A DNA stretch of 64,000 nucleotides from Octopus vulgaris (taxonomy: Eukaryota). The position numbers and the translations under genes are program-made. Under the pieces are notes generated by a model. That model did not search any database. It saw nothing but the letters and a program-made list of their open reading frames with translations, and was not told the origin of the DNA. The stretch spans positions 23,250,001-23,314,000 of the forward strand of contig OX597830.1 of NCBI GenBank assembly GCA_951406725.2. The letters are read 5' to 3'. Positions 12,927 to 25,935 of this stretch are shown here, one piece after another (within the stretch, counting starts at the first letter, position 1; each line of letters begins with the position of its first letter).

Positions 12927-14204
12927 TATATATAATATATATATATATATATATATGTATATACACATATATAGTCATTAACTGTGTGTGGCCTGAGGCT
13001 ATAATGGAAGACACTTGTGCAAGGAGCTACGCAGTGGGACTGAACCTGGAACCATGTGGTTGGGAAGCAAGCTTCTTACCACACAGCCATACCTGTGCCA
13101 TGTTGAATTAAGTTCCAAAAATGAAAAGAAAGAAAAGGCAATTTAATTATTGGTTAAAAAAAAACAAACTATTCCACAATATATCCATAAATATCTATTC
13201 CCAGATCCAGTACTTTTGTTATTAAGGTATAAAATATGTTAAGAGTGGTGGTGGAGGAATTCTGCAGTAAACAGTCTCAAAACTCCAAGTTAAGCAGACA
13301 GCTGGGAATTGTTCTCCAAAAACCAGTTCTGCCTTTCTTCTTTTATTTATTTATTTATTTATTATTTTTTTTCCCTTATTTCTATAAAAGAGTAAATCTT
13401 ACAAACCAAAGAAAATGCTTTTTGCACTCACTTCAGCATTGGTCAAAGCAATTCCTTCTCATTGTTGGTTCCTATCCATATATAGCAAAACCCAATGACT
13501 TCATTAAATCTAGCATTCCGTCCAGCCTGGTCGTCATTAACCTGTGGAATATCTGTACATCTTTTTTTCTTCTTTTTTTTTCTGCAAATATTCTCCAACA
13601 ACAACAACAACAACAGCTTTGCAGCTTGATTTCTATGATTCCAAACAAATGTCTATAGGTACGTTTGTCATTTGTCCTTCTCAAAGCACATCCAATCAAA
13701 TTTAATCTTTATAATTTTTTTATTTTTTCAGCAAATATTTAAAAAAAGACACACTCACAAAAGATAAATCAAAATCAAAATCAAAATTGCTATCAGCCAA
13801 AGGAAGCCTGCAACTGTTGCAATTAGTTTTCCCACTATTTATTATTTATATAGCAATTTTAATTGTATGTGAGAGAGATAGAGAGAGGGGACTCCAAGTG
13901 CAGATGGCAAAAGAGGTGAATGTCCAGAGCAGTTATTGCTTCTGTCCATTGTCGTAGAAGAAAGTGGAAGGCCTCCAGGCCACAAGGATATTTATTTATA
14001 AGAAATGGTGAACAACTGAAGAGAATATCTAAGCTAAACCGAGAACAACCAGTCACGACAATGACAACAAGAGCAACAGTTTACCAATACAAATGATGAC
14101 GACACTGACGATGATGACGGGATAACGACAGCAGTTCCAGCAACAATAGCAAGTGTCAGTGATAATCTCAAAACAAATACAAAACACTTACATGTGAATG
14201 GATG

Positions 14205-14235
<31 letters not shown>

Positions 14236-17200
14236 TATGTATGAGGTGTATGTGTGTGGGTATGGATATGGATGGCTGTGTATATGTTTTTATGTATGAA
14301 GTGTGTGTGTGTGTGTGTGGCTGTGTATGTGTGTATGGTGTTTGTGTGTGTATGCATGTTTTTACATGGTGTATGTGTGTGTGTGTGTATGACCGTGTAT
14401 GTGTGTATATGATGTTTGTGTGTATGCATTTATGTAAGTGATTTGTGTGTGTGTGTGGCTGTTTGTGTGTATGGGTGTGTGTACATGTAGGTAAGCATAT
14501 TGTGTGTGTGTGGGAAGGAGATTGGGTGACTGTGGGGGAGGAGCTGTATGTGTAACTGTGTGTTTGTGTATATGTGTGTATATGTATTTAAGTATGTAAT
14601 ATGCGTGTGTGTGTGTGTGTACACGGAAGAGGAATAAAAGCTGAAACAATCTGAAAATAGCAGATGAGCAACCCACTGTGGATTAGAAATGCCAGCATCT
14701 TTTTAATACCAGTCTGAGAATAGTAACATAACAATCCTCGGTAGATTAACAGATGCTGCCGTCTCTAACAAAGTGAGTTAATCTTTGAATGCAACTTGTT
14801 TAGGAGCAATCTGTTGTTGTTTTCATGTTGTCGCTTCCCAATGACCATGTCATTAGGTTTTGTCATTGTTGAAACGAACTTATTGAAAGAAGCTGTGATA
14901 TCTAAGTGGAAAGAGTATGTGACTTTTGACTGGGGTGGTATGGTTGGCTTGTGTGTCGTATTTCAGTGTGGAACTGCCGTTGTGACTGTGCTGTGATGTG
15001 GTTGTAGCAATTCGTTTGGTAACGCAACCCTCGCACGAAGCTCAAGATAACCCTGAAGCACCACAATAGGTGATGTGGTGTGGTGCTGACTTTCAGTTCC
15101 TTGCAGCATGTTTCATCATCATCATCATCATCGTCATCAGTAACAACATTTAGTGACCATTTTCCATGCTGGCATGGTTTTGATGGTCTGAGAGGAAATG
15201 GCAAGGCCAGGAGCTGCACCAGATTCCATAATCTGTTGTTCAGGTATGGTTTCTACAGCTGGATGCCCTTCCTAAGGCCAACCACTTCACAGAATGTACT
15301 GGGTGCTTTATACATGGCATCAGCACCAACACCAATGCTTTTTATGTGGTACCTTGGTTTGAACAGACCCATTTAATTCTGTCAGTCTCTTTCCTAGCTT
15401 TTGAAAAAAAAAAAAAAACACAGGAGAGCAGTGCCACCTTCAGTGCTTTCACCATACTCTTCAGGGATACCCAACCCTTTCAATACCAACCCAGCTGAAG
15501 CCACCTCTAGCTCTGTGATACAAATGTCTTGTTTTCATAAGTTTTGAATTAAAATCTTCCACCAGACCTTAGTCTAAATTTATGTTCCTAACACTAACTT
15601 AATGATAACTAAGTTATTTTACTTTAAAATCAATTGAAAGAAACACAGAGCACCTCAAAGTAAATACGGTAATGGAAGGGTTAAAGAAGTCTAGAGAGAG
15701 GAAAATCCCTACTCTTTCAACAATGTCCAGTACACAACTGTCAAGCAGAAAAAAAATGAGCCAGCAATTCTTGCAAAGGAATGTGTGGGAAGGGTCAGTC
15801 TCAATAATAGACTCAGCCAATGTTTGAGGCAATGAGGGTTCTACAAGGTCCCTTTACCTGCAAGAAATTTGTCTTTCTAATATTGGTAAAAGACCAACAA
15901 TTTTGAGGAGAAGGGTATTAGTGTACTGAGTGCTTTATACGTAGCATCAACACCAACACCAATGCTTTTTATGCGGTACCTTGGTTTGAACAGACCCATT
16001 TAATTCTGTCAGTTTCCATTGATTCCAGTTCTTGATCCCAAAAGGCTGAGGGGCAAAGTTGGCCCCGGTGGCATCTGAGCTCAAAATGTAAAACACTACA
16101 AGAAATACCACTAAGCATTCTGCTTTGCATGTTCATGATTCTGCCAGTTCTGGTGGACATCAAGAGGCAGAGATTGGATATCAAAGACACAAAGAGTGAT
16201 TTACACTTCCTGTGATAAATAACCCTGGCTCTTCTATACCACCCTTGGCCTAAACAGCTGCCTCAGGCACTGGTACACTTCGCACCCATCAGGATGGAGA
16301 AGCTCAATCACTCACTACAGGTTAACTACTCCTACTCGGATACAAGTTAAAGCCAATGAGAGGACAATTCTGCTAGCTTATCTTCACCTGCAAAAATCTC
16401 TCTTAAATAATACCCCTGCTGTTTTAGCTTTTAGCACACTGCATTTCTCTAGAATTATTTCTCCTGCCACTGCCCTGTTACTACAGGGGAGAAGACTCAT
16501 ATAGTGACATGATGCACCTACAGTGTGCTAAAGGTTAAGGAAGAACACATTAGATAACATAGTCCAGAGGCATATTTTGTTTGAAAAAAAAAACTGACAG
16601 GGAGAGTCATGGCTGGAAGCCTTTAATCAGAAGACCACTCAAAGTTGGCTTGAAACTAAAGAACAACAACTCATACAAACATCCTAACTTCTTTCTTTTA
16701 CACAAACTTATCACACCATTGGTATATAAGCCTTTTTAATCAACAAAATGAAATAAAGAAGGTTTGATCTACATTAGAGAAAATTGCTCTCATATCCGGG
16801 AGTGGGGGTTTTACTGCTACAACCAAACACCTAGAATGTATTAAATGTATTGACAAAATAACACCACCCAACTAATTGACACTTCAACTAACACAATATA
16901 AACACAGGTCCACTCCCACTAATATATTTCATGTGTCCTGTATCATCATCACTGCAGCAATACAAACCACACAATATGAAACCCACAACTGAAAAACTAT
17001 TAAATGAACCCATCACTCATCCTCTCATAATTCTGTGTCCCACTTCCTTTAACATAGCACGAAGCAAATTTACCCAATATCTATTCTTAAACTGCACCTT
17101 TTTTGGGAATTCTCCCTTTGTACCCGTTTCTTGCAGTGTGACTCAACTTACAGAACTTCGAATTCAACATCACCTACATGACCTCACAAGTTTGGGGAGA

Positions 17201-17392
17201 GGTCAGCAAAGATTGTGGTAACCTTATACTTTTGTTTGTTTGAATAAACAATGAAGTGGAAAAAAAAACAAAACTCTTTGCTAATAAAACTTCCTTGTAA
17301 ATTTGTAAGAGGATAGGAAAATTTGATGAATCAAGCACATTACGCAGTAAAAATCCCCTTTGATTTGAACTGAGAACATAACTCAATAAAGA

Positions 17393-17720
17393 GTAAAGAC
17401 CATCCTTCGGTCATGAATGACCATGGGATTGCACCTAGAAAGTACACGAGTCTGGGCAAGGCTATTTATGGAAGACCAGTAGTCACCCATGCATATCTGC
17501 CTCCCCTCTCTGTACCACCAATATTATTCAAGGAAAAGGCAAAGGGGCCGATACAGCTTGGCACCTGTGACGTCGCAACTCATTTCTACAGCTGAGTGAA
17601 CAGGAGCAACATGAAATAAAGTGTCTTAAGAACACAACACACATTCCAGTTCAGGAATTGAACTCACCACCTCATGATTGTGAGCCTGATGCTCTAACCA
17701 CTGAGCCATGTGCCTTCACA
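17393..17720 (-). mobile_element. SINE with tRNA-like head and a different, LINE-like tail
   Basis: Minus-strand head GAAGGCACATGGCTCAGTGGTTAGAGC..GAGTTCAATTCC; body similar to the element at 35883-36120. Confidence 0.6.
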
Positions 17721-18074
17721 TTTTAACACAATATTTACATGCAATTATTTATAGCTTTATATACTCTGAGTTTCACCACAACAAAAAGGATTTATTTAAC
17801 TAAACACTACAAAGATTTTAGTCTAATGCTGTAGCATTTCCAACACTCCATTACCTTAATAATGAGATTAAGGATGATTTCTGTATTTTGGGCATAAAGG
17901 GTCAAGATATAATAAATCTTATGTAATAAATCACTCACCTAATTGTGAGTTAAATCTTAATACAAAGTTTTTTCCTTTCATATTCAGGCTTGCTCTGTAT
18001 ATAAGCCTTTCATATTCAGGCTTGCCCCAAATTTTTCAGTTAAAATTAAGTAAAAGAAAAAAATAATGCAACGT

Positions 18075-18690
18075 GCAAGTGTGGCTGTGTGGTAAGAAGC
18101 TTGCTTCTCAACTACATTGTTCTGGGTTCAATCCCACTGTGTGGCACCTTGGGCAAATATCTCCTTAGGCTAACAAAGCCTTGTCAGTGGATTTGGTAGA
18201 CAGAAACTGAAAGGCGGTGGGCTGGCAGAAACGTTAGCACGCCGGGCGAAATGCGTAGCCATGTGTCTGCCGTTACGTTCTGAGTTCAAATTCTGCCGAT
18301 GTCGACTCTGCCTTTCATCCTTTCGGGGTCGATAAATTAAGTACCAGTTATGCACTGGGGTCAATGTAATCGACTTAATTTGTTTGTCTGTCCTTGTTTG
18401 TCCCCTCTATGTTTAGCCCCATGTGGGCAATAAAGAAATAAGAAACTGAAAGAAACCTGTCAAATATATATATATATATATCTGTGTGTGTGTTAGTGAG
18501 TGTGTGCTTATCCCCCACCTCTGCTTGGCAACTAGTATTGGTTTGTTTAGCAATTTAGCAAAAAAAAAAGAGACTGATAGAATATATAACAGGTTTTAAA
18601 AAACACAAAAAAGTTCTGGGGTCAATTCATTTGACTAAAATTTCTTTAAGGCAGAGCCCCAGTCTAATGACTGAAACAACTAAACAAGTA
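18075..18690 (+). mobile_element. SINE family A with a nested family B SINE (18213-18440)
   Basis: The inner SINE is flanked by the duplication AGAAACTGAAA (18202-18212 and 18441-18451). Confidence 0.85.
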
Positions 18691-19101
18691 AAAACTGTAA
18701 ATTAACCCCAGTATTTGACTGGCCCTTCCTTATTCTATCAATACCTGAAAGGATGAAAAGCAAAGTTGATGCTGGGCCAGACTTGAACTTAAAACATTAC
18801 AATGCTGATTGATTTAGTAGAACCAGAGTCACAAGTCTAGGATTTAGAAGAGCTCCTGGTGGAAATGGTGGTTGTTTTTCTGAGTAGAAGTATTCTGAGA
18901 GATATGTCCTTATCTTGTTCTCTGTTTAGAATTAAGAGGTAAAGAAAATTGAGAGAGAGGGAGAGAAAGAAAGAGAAAGAGATAGACAGACAGAGAGAGA
19001 AAAAGAAGAGAAAGAGACAAACAGACAGAGAGAAAGAGAGAAAATAACAGTGTTAGAAGTGTGTGTAGAAAAATAACACTAGATATGAACAAGAAAGACA
19101 A

Positions 19102-19135
<34 letters not shown>

Positions 19136-19209
19136 TGTGTATAAGAAAGAGAAAAGGAAAAAAAACTGAACAAAAATTGAAACTAAGAGAGAAAGGTAAA
19201 TAAGAGAAC

Positions 19210-19260
<51 letters not shown>

Positions 19261-20613
19261 ATAGTAGAGAGGGTGAGAGAAAAAAGAAGGGAAATTAGGT
19301 GTGGATGGGTGAAGAATAGCACCAAATGGTGTATGGAGGGAATGAAGAAAGACTGGCCATACATCTGATAGAGAGGGAGGGAGGAGAGAGAGAGTGAAGA
19401 GTGAGAGAAGAGAGAATGAGGAGAGAATGGCACCAAATAGTTTGTGGGAAATAAAGAAAGGCTGAACAAACATGAGAGAGAGAGAGAGTGTGGAGAGAGA
19501 GAGTGTGTGTGGAGAGAGAGAGAGAGAGTGTGGAGAGAGAGAGAAAGTGTGTATGTGACATAGAAAGCAGATAACGAAGAATCTGTCTCCTATCTCCCTA
19601 TAAACACATTCCATCAGATAAAATAAAGAAAGGAACACAGAGAAGAAATACTATAAGTGGCTGTATGGGAAGCCTCTGATGACAAGGGTATGTCGGATAT
19701 GTCACTCAAAAGGGGATCATATAAACATGTTACCTTACAAAATCCTCTGAGCCTTAACACCTCCAACCCAACACTCTTACAACATCACTTCTCCAAAAAT
19801 CTTTCATTACCAACAAGCAGTTATAGCTTCATTTCTCTTCTGTTGTCCATTAATCTGTTTGTTTTTATGTCTGTTTTCTTATGCCGGCATGGGTTTGATG
19901 AATACATACTATTAACCTGTTAGCATTCAAATCGACCATATCCAGCTCAAATATTCTACTTGTTCTATATATTCAAACTGGCCAGATCTGGCCTCTCACA
20001 CCTACCCTACAATGTCATTCTAAAAATAAACAGTCACACCATCGATATCTCAAAGCTACAAGATAATGTATGATTAATTCTAAACAATGGGAATAGATAA
20101 GCCTTACATTTGACAGTAATTTAGACGCTAAGGGGTCACGGCATTGTTTTATAGAGAGAGGCCCTTTCATATCACTAACTTTTAGTTTGTATTTTACAAG
20201 TAAGGGATTATTTATTCCATTCATCTTTGAAAGACACAGAATATAAACAAATACATACATGCAAACATCTTTTATTCTTTTGTTTATATAAGTCATTGAA
20301 CTTTGGCCATGCTGGGGCATCACTTTGATTGAATGATTATCATTGGGTTTGGTATTTATTCCAATGGTCTCTTTTGCAATGTACTAAGCTTCAAGGATGT
20401 AAACAAACTAACATTAGTTCTTGAACAGTTTAAGGTCAAACAAACACATCACACACACAAACATGCAATGGGCTAACATGCATCTTTTTGCCTAAGAAAC
20501 TCACTAAACATTGACTGCTCAGAGGGTTCTATAGTAGAAGCCACTTGCCCAAGGTACCATGAGACAGAACTTGGAACCACATGGTTGGGAAGTAAGTTCC
20601 TAACTCACAGACA

Positions 20614-20955
20614 TTGAGTGATGATGGTGATGCTTTTTGTGTGTGTGTGGTTTGTGGGAGGAGGTGTTTGAGTTGTGCAAGCCTGGTCAGCCATCAAAAA
20701 TCACACAGGAATCGACCCATGATAAACAGCGATGTGGCTATTACAACTCACAAGAGAACATGTCTAAAATGTGGAAGGGTGTGCCTCTCAGTTGGAGGTC
20801 TGAAAAGACATGTTAAGAGAGTGTATACGTTGGCACCAGACTTACCTGCCAGCCAGCACTGCTGTGCAGTATGTAATAAAATTTGTAAAACTTTGGTCAG
20901 GCTTAAAAGTCATATAAGGGCATCACATGGCATTAATAATGAATCATTTCAGTAA
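20614..20955 (+). pseudogene. Fragment with three C2H2-like zinc fingers, probably the C-terminus of an RTE-type LINE ORF
   Basis: CVVCGRRCLSCASLVSHQKSH, CLKCGRVCLSVGGLKRHVKRVY, CAVCNKICKTLVRLKSHIRASH. No TGEKP linkers, no ATG, no clear acceptor. Confidence 0.55.
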
Positions 20956-21152
20956 GGCTTTTTGGCAATGGCTTTTCTTGCACAACCAGAGACACACACA
21001 CATATGACAACCGCCGAGTCTCTTAACCCCTTGGGGGTTGTTGGGATTTGTTGTTGGGCTGACCGAAACCTTGTGGATTTGGTGGATGGAACTGAAAGGT
21101 TCCAGTCGTATTTGGATGTGTATGTGGGTGTGAGTTACAGTCTCTTTATTTT

Positions 21153-21194
<42 letters not shown>

Positions 21195-21195
<1 letters not shown>

Positions 21196-21729
21196 GAGAA
21201 AACGCCCCCACCACCGTCCAATGGATGGTGCTGAGTTGTCAAACATTTAAACCAAATTTTCTCAAAACAACTTGTCCGACCGTCCCATAGGCCCTCCCTT
21301 TGAGAAACACTGATTTAACCAAAATTTGAGACACCAGCAAAAGAAGAAATAAAGATAGGCTTTTTTTTCTATTCCAAAGAAAAATGATTTTATTCACACA
21401 AATATGCAACCGAAGAGTTTAAAGTACCAGTAATGATAAGGCTGTTGACTGGGAGAACACAAACATGGTTTAAACAGTAAGCTTGGCAGGAAAGAAATGT
21501 GCCTTTAAGCAGTATAAAAACAACAAAAAATGGAAGGTGCAGTTATGTACAAGTTGACAGAAGAAAAGCAGGACAAAATCTGCTTTATCGAGAATTGATT
21601 TTTGAAATTTTTTCAAGACTTATACACACCCTGATACCGTCGGTATCTACAAATCAAATTTGAGCGCAATTGGATGAAGGATGCCTGAGATCCGAGAAGA
21701 CAGACAGACAGAACGGATTTTATATAAGA
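21195..21729 (-). mobile_element. Non-autonomous Helitron-like element (family H2)
   Basis: Reverse copy of 58858-59245: 5' TCTTATATAAAATCCGTTCTGTCTG, internal palindrome GATACCGTCGGTATC, 3' hairpin; carries an extra ~190 bp. Confidence 0.65.
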
Positions 21730-22334
21730 TATATGTGTGTGTGCGTGTGCGCTTGTATGAGTGTGTATATACATCATCATCATTTTAATGTTGACTTTTC
21801 CATGATTATATGGATCAGATGATATAAAAATACACTAACACACTCACAGAGACACACACACATATGACAACTGCCGAGTCTCTTAACCCCTTGGGGGTTG
21901 TTGGGATTTGTTGTTGGGCTGACCGAAACCTTGTGGATTTGGTGGATGGAACTGAAAGGTTCCAGTCATATTTGGATGTGTATGTGGGTGTGAGTTACAG
22001 TCTCTTTATTTTGACATTGTTTGATAGTTGTAAACAAATGTCAGTGTCATATAAATAGAGCCTTTCGCTTCCAATCTCTTGTGTAAAACATGCCTAGTGA
22101 AGGGGAGATATTCGCTTACTTGGGAATAGGTGAGGGTTGGTGAAAGGAAGGACACCTGGCCACAGAAAATCTACCCCCAACAAATTCTGTCTGACTTGTA
22201 TGAGAATGAAAAAGTAGATGTTAAAACAATGAGGCAGTTAAGAAACTTATTTTGTAACCACAAGGTCTGAGGTTCAATCCCACTGCAGAGCATGTTGGTT
22301 AAGTGTCTTGTACAATAGACCTGAGTATATATAT

Positions 22335-22726
22335 TCTTTTATTTGTTTCAGTCATTTGACTGCAGCCATGCTGGAGCACCGCCTTTAGTTGAGCAAATCA
22401 ATCCCAAGACTTATCTCTTGTAAGCCTAGTACTTATTCTTTTGGTCTCTTTTGCTGAACTGCTAAGTTACGGAGACACAAATACACCAGCATCAGTTGTC
22501 AAGCGATGTCCGGGGGGGGGGGGGAACAAACACAGACACACGAATACACACAGACACATATATACATATAGATAAGACGGGCTTCTTTCACTTTCTGTCT
22601 ACCAAATCCACTCACAAGGTTTTGGTCGGCCTGAGGCTATAGTAGAAGGTACCACGCAGTGGGACTGAACTCGGAACCATGTCATTGGTAAGCAAGCTAC
22701 TTACCACACAGCCATTCCTGCGCCTA
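22335..22726 (-). mobile_element. SINE family A
   Basis: Full-length reverse match to family A. Confidence 0.85.
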
Positions 22727-23892
22727 TATTATATATAATTCAATTGTCACTAAGCATTACTAAGGGTGCTGACACACCTGCATTGCTAGAAATAAGAGTT
22801 AAAATACTCTTGATGTTCTAGGAAGAGCACAGATACATGCTGACGGGGGAACCAACTGACTTGAAAATCCTCAGGCTAGACTTCTAGTTTTGTCTATTAT
22901 GTAGATATCTTCAGTGAGGATTGCTCAAACAACACATGTCTGGCTAGTTCTGTCTGACAGCATATATGTATTTACCATAAAAATTTATAGATGATTTAGT
23001 GGAATGCTAATGCAGATATAAAAAATTAATATAAACAGCTAAGCACAATGTGATATATATTTATATATATATATATATCATAATCATCATCGTTTAACGT
23101 CCGCTTTTCATGCTAGCATGGGTTGGACGATTTGACTGAGGACTGGCGAACCAGATGGCTGCACCAGACTCCAATCTTGATCTGGCAGCGATTCTACAGC
23201 TGGATGCCCTTCCTAACACCAACCACTCCGAGAGTGTATGGATGCTCTTACAGGCCACCGGCATGAGGCTAGTCAGGCAGTTCTGGCAACGACCACACTG
23301 AAAAGGTGTTTTTTACATGTCACCGGCACGAGGGCCAGTCAGGCGGTACTGGCAACTGCCACGCTCAAATGGTGTTTTTTATGTTCCACCTGCACAGGAG
23401 ACGGTCCAGCGGCATAGGCAATGACCTTGCTCGAATGTTTTTTCACATGCCACCGGCACAGGTGCCAGTAAGGCAACACTGGATATATATATATACACAC
23501 ATATACATGCCTGTGTGTGTCTTTGTGTCTGTGTTTTATCACACACATCCACCACTACTTGACAACAGGTGTTGCTTTGTTTACATCTCCGTAAAAGAGA
23601 CTTGCTTAATAAGCACCAAACTTTAAAAGAACACACAAGTACTGGGGTCAATCTGTTCGACTAACTCCCTTCAAGGAAGAGCACAGATACATGCTGAAGG
23701 GGGAACCATCAGCAAGGCCCAGCATGGCCATAGTCCAATGGGTGAAATAAGTCGAAGATAAACAAAAGTTAAAAGAAAACAGACATCAACTTACTGTGCA
23801 CACATTATTAAAACAAAAAAAAACAACCCCCACCAAAAAAAAACCGCAAATATAATAAAACATAATGTACATGTATATAAATATAATAAAAT

Positions 23893-24320
23893 AGGCACAG
23901 GAGTGGCTGTGTGGTAAGTAGCTTGCTTAACCAACCACATGGTTCCGGGTTCAGTCCCACTGCGTGGCATCTTGGGCAAGTGTCTTCTGCTATAGCCCCA
24001 GGCCGACCAATGCCTTGTGAGTGGATTTGGTAGATGGAAACTGAAAGAAGCCTGTCGTATATATGTATGTGTGTGTTTGTGTGTCTGTGTTTGTCCCCCT
24101 AGCATTGCTTGACAACCGATGCTGGTGTGTTTATGTCCCTGTCACTTAGCGGTCCTATTTGGGACCATCGATATTAAACTTAGCGGTTCAGCAAAAGAGA
24201 CCGATAGAATAAGTACTGGGCTTACAAAGAATAAGTCCCGGGGTCGATTTGCTCGACTAAAGGCGGTGCTCCAGCATGGCCGCAGTCAAATGACTGAAAC
24301 AAGTAAGAGAGAAAGAGAGT
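23893..24320 (+). mobile_element. SINE family A
   Basis: Full-length match, with a ~30-bp insertion flanked by duplicated ACTTAGCGGT. Confidence 0.85.
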
Positions 24321-24596
24321 GGAATGAGACATAAAGCTGAGTATGAATGAGTCAGTACTCAGGTTTTACAAATCCACCCTATCGGGTGACTTGCAAAGTC
24401 CTCAGTTTGGATTCTATTTTAGAACCATTGAATTTCAACCAAGTGGCTACTTCAAAACAGAGGCACACCCATCTGCATGAAAGCACAGTTGATTTCGAAG
24501 AAGGGCATATTATTATATTGTGAGCATAAGCATAACTGAACATTGGGAGTGGCGAGTTCAATAGAGAAAAGGCAAATATGTATTAAAATTATGTGC

Positions 24597-24657
<61 letters not shown>

Positions 24658-24888
24658 AATATTTTTTTACTGAAATTAGTCAGAAACCATAGTCTAGGAA
24701 CTAAATTAGATGGTAAATGTTTTTAATTTTCATTCTTTTCGAGAATTTATCCCTAATTAGTGGTTTGAGTTTTCTACTGCTCTTTCTAGCACAAGGCTTT
24801 CCTATTTGGAAGCCTCTTAATGTGTTTTAATGTACACGAGATTTTTATGTGAATTATATATATGTATGTATGTATGTGTGTGTGTATG

Positions 24889-24931
<43 letters not shown>

Positions 24932-24934
24932 GTG

Positions 24935-25110
24935 TGTGTACCGTTGGCGATTTTTTTTTCCTCCGTCTTTCCTTCTTTGGATCTTTCCTTTTCCTATGTT
25001 TCTGACGAAGAGCTCCGCTCGAAACATTAAACCCTCCTTCTTCCCTAAGCATCCAATAATACGTCCTCGCGTTGTGTTTTCTCTTTGTGTTTTCATGTTT
25101 GGATTAACTT
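24935..25110 (+). mobile_element. Penelope-like terminal repeat with minimal hammerhead-like motif (24998-25032)
   Basis: GTTT-CTGACGA-A-GAGC-TCC-GCTC-GAAAC-ATT-AAAC: perfect stems I and II, with ATT where GTT is expected. Flanked by microsatellites. Confidence 0.65.
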
Positions 25111-25935
25111 TATATATATATATATAGGTTGTTGCCAGTACTGCCTGACTGGCCCCAGTGCCAGTGGCATGTAAAAGCACTCACAACACTCTTGGAGTGG
25201 TTGGCATTAGGAAGGGCATCCAGCTGTAGAAACTCTGCCAGATCAAGACTGGAGCCTGGTGCAGCCATCTGGTTCGCCAGGCCTCAGTCAAATTGTCCAA
25301 CCTATGCTAGCATGGGTTTAATGTTCGTTTTCCATGGGTTGGGGTGGTTTGATCAGAGTCGGCAAGCTGGAGAGCTGCACCAGGTTCCAGTCTGATTTGG
25401 CTTGGTTTCTAATGCTCGATGCCCTTCCTAACATCAACCACTTTACTGTGTGTGCTGGGTGATTTTTAATGTGACCGAAGCATGAGCACCTGTGTGTGGT
25501 GCTGGGAGGAGGGCTCATATTTATGAAATATGCCTCCTTTATCTTTTACCTGTTTCAGTCATTGGACTGCGGCCATGCTAGGGTCCTGCTTTGAAGTATG
25601 AAGTCAAACAAATTAACCCCAAGACTTATTTTTAAGTCTGATATTTACTCTGTAAGTTGCTTTCACCAAGCTGTAAAATTGCAGGGTTGTAAACAAACCA
25701 ACACTGGCTGCCAAGCAGTAATGAGGGATGAACCCACATGTACACATACACATACCTATACATATATGATTGGTTTTCACACAGTATCTGTCAACCAAAT
25801 ACACTTACGAGGCATTGATTGGCTCAGAGCTTTTGTAAGAAGACACTTGCCTAAGATGCCATACAATGGGACTGAACCCATTGTATGGGACAGCCATATC
25901 CATACCAATACAATCATATAAACACACACACACGT

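Noticed and set aside
13425-13555. Candidate second exon of the oxt-like gene (minus-strand donor-like GTGAGT)
   Set aside because: All three minus frames contain stops and there is no pyrimidine-rich acceptor.
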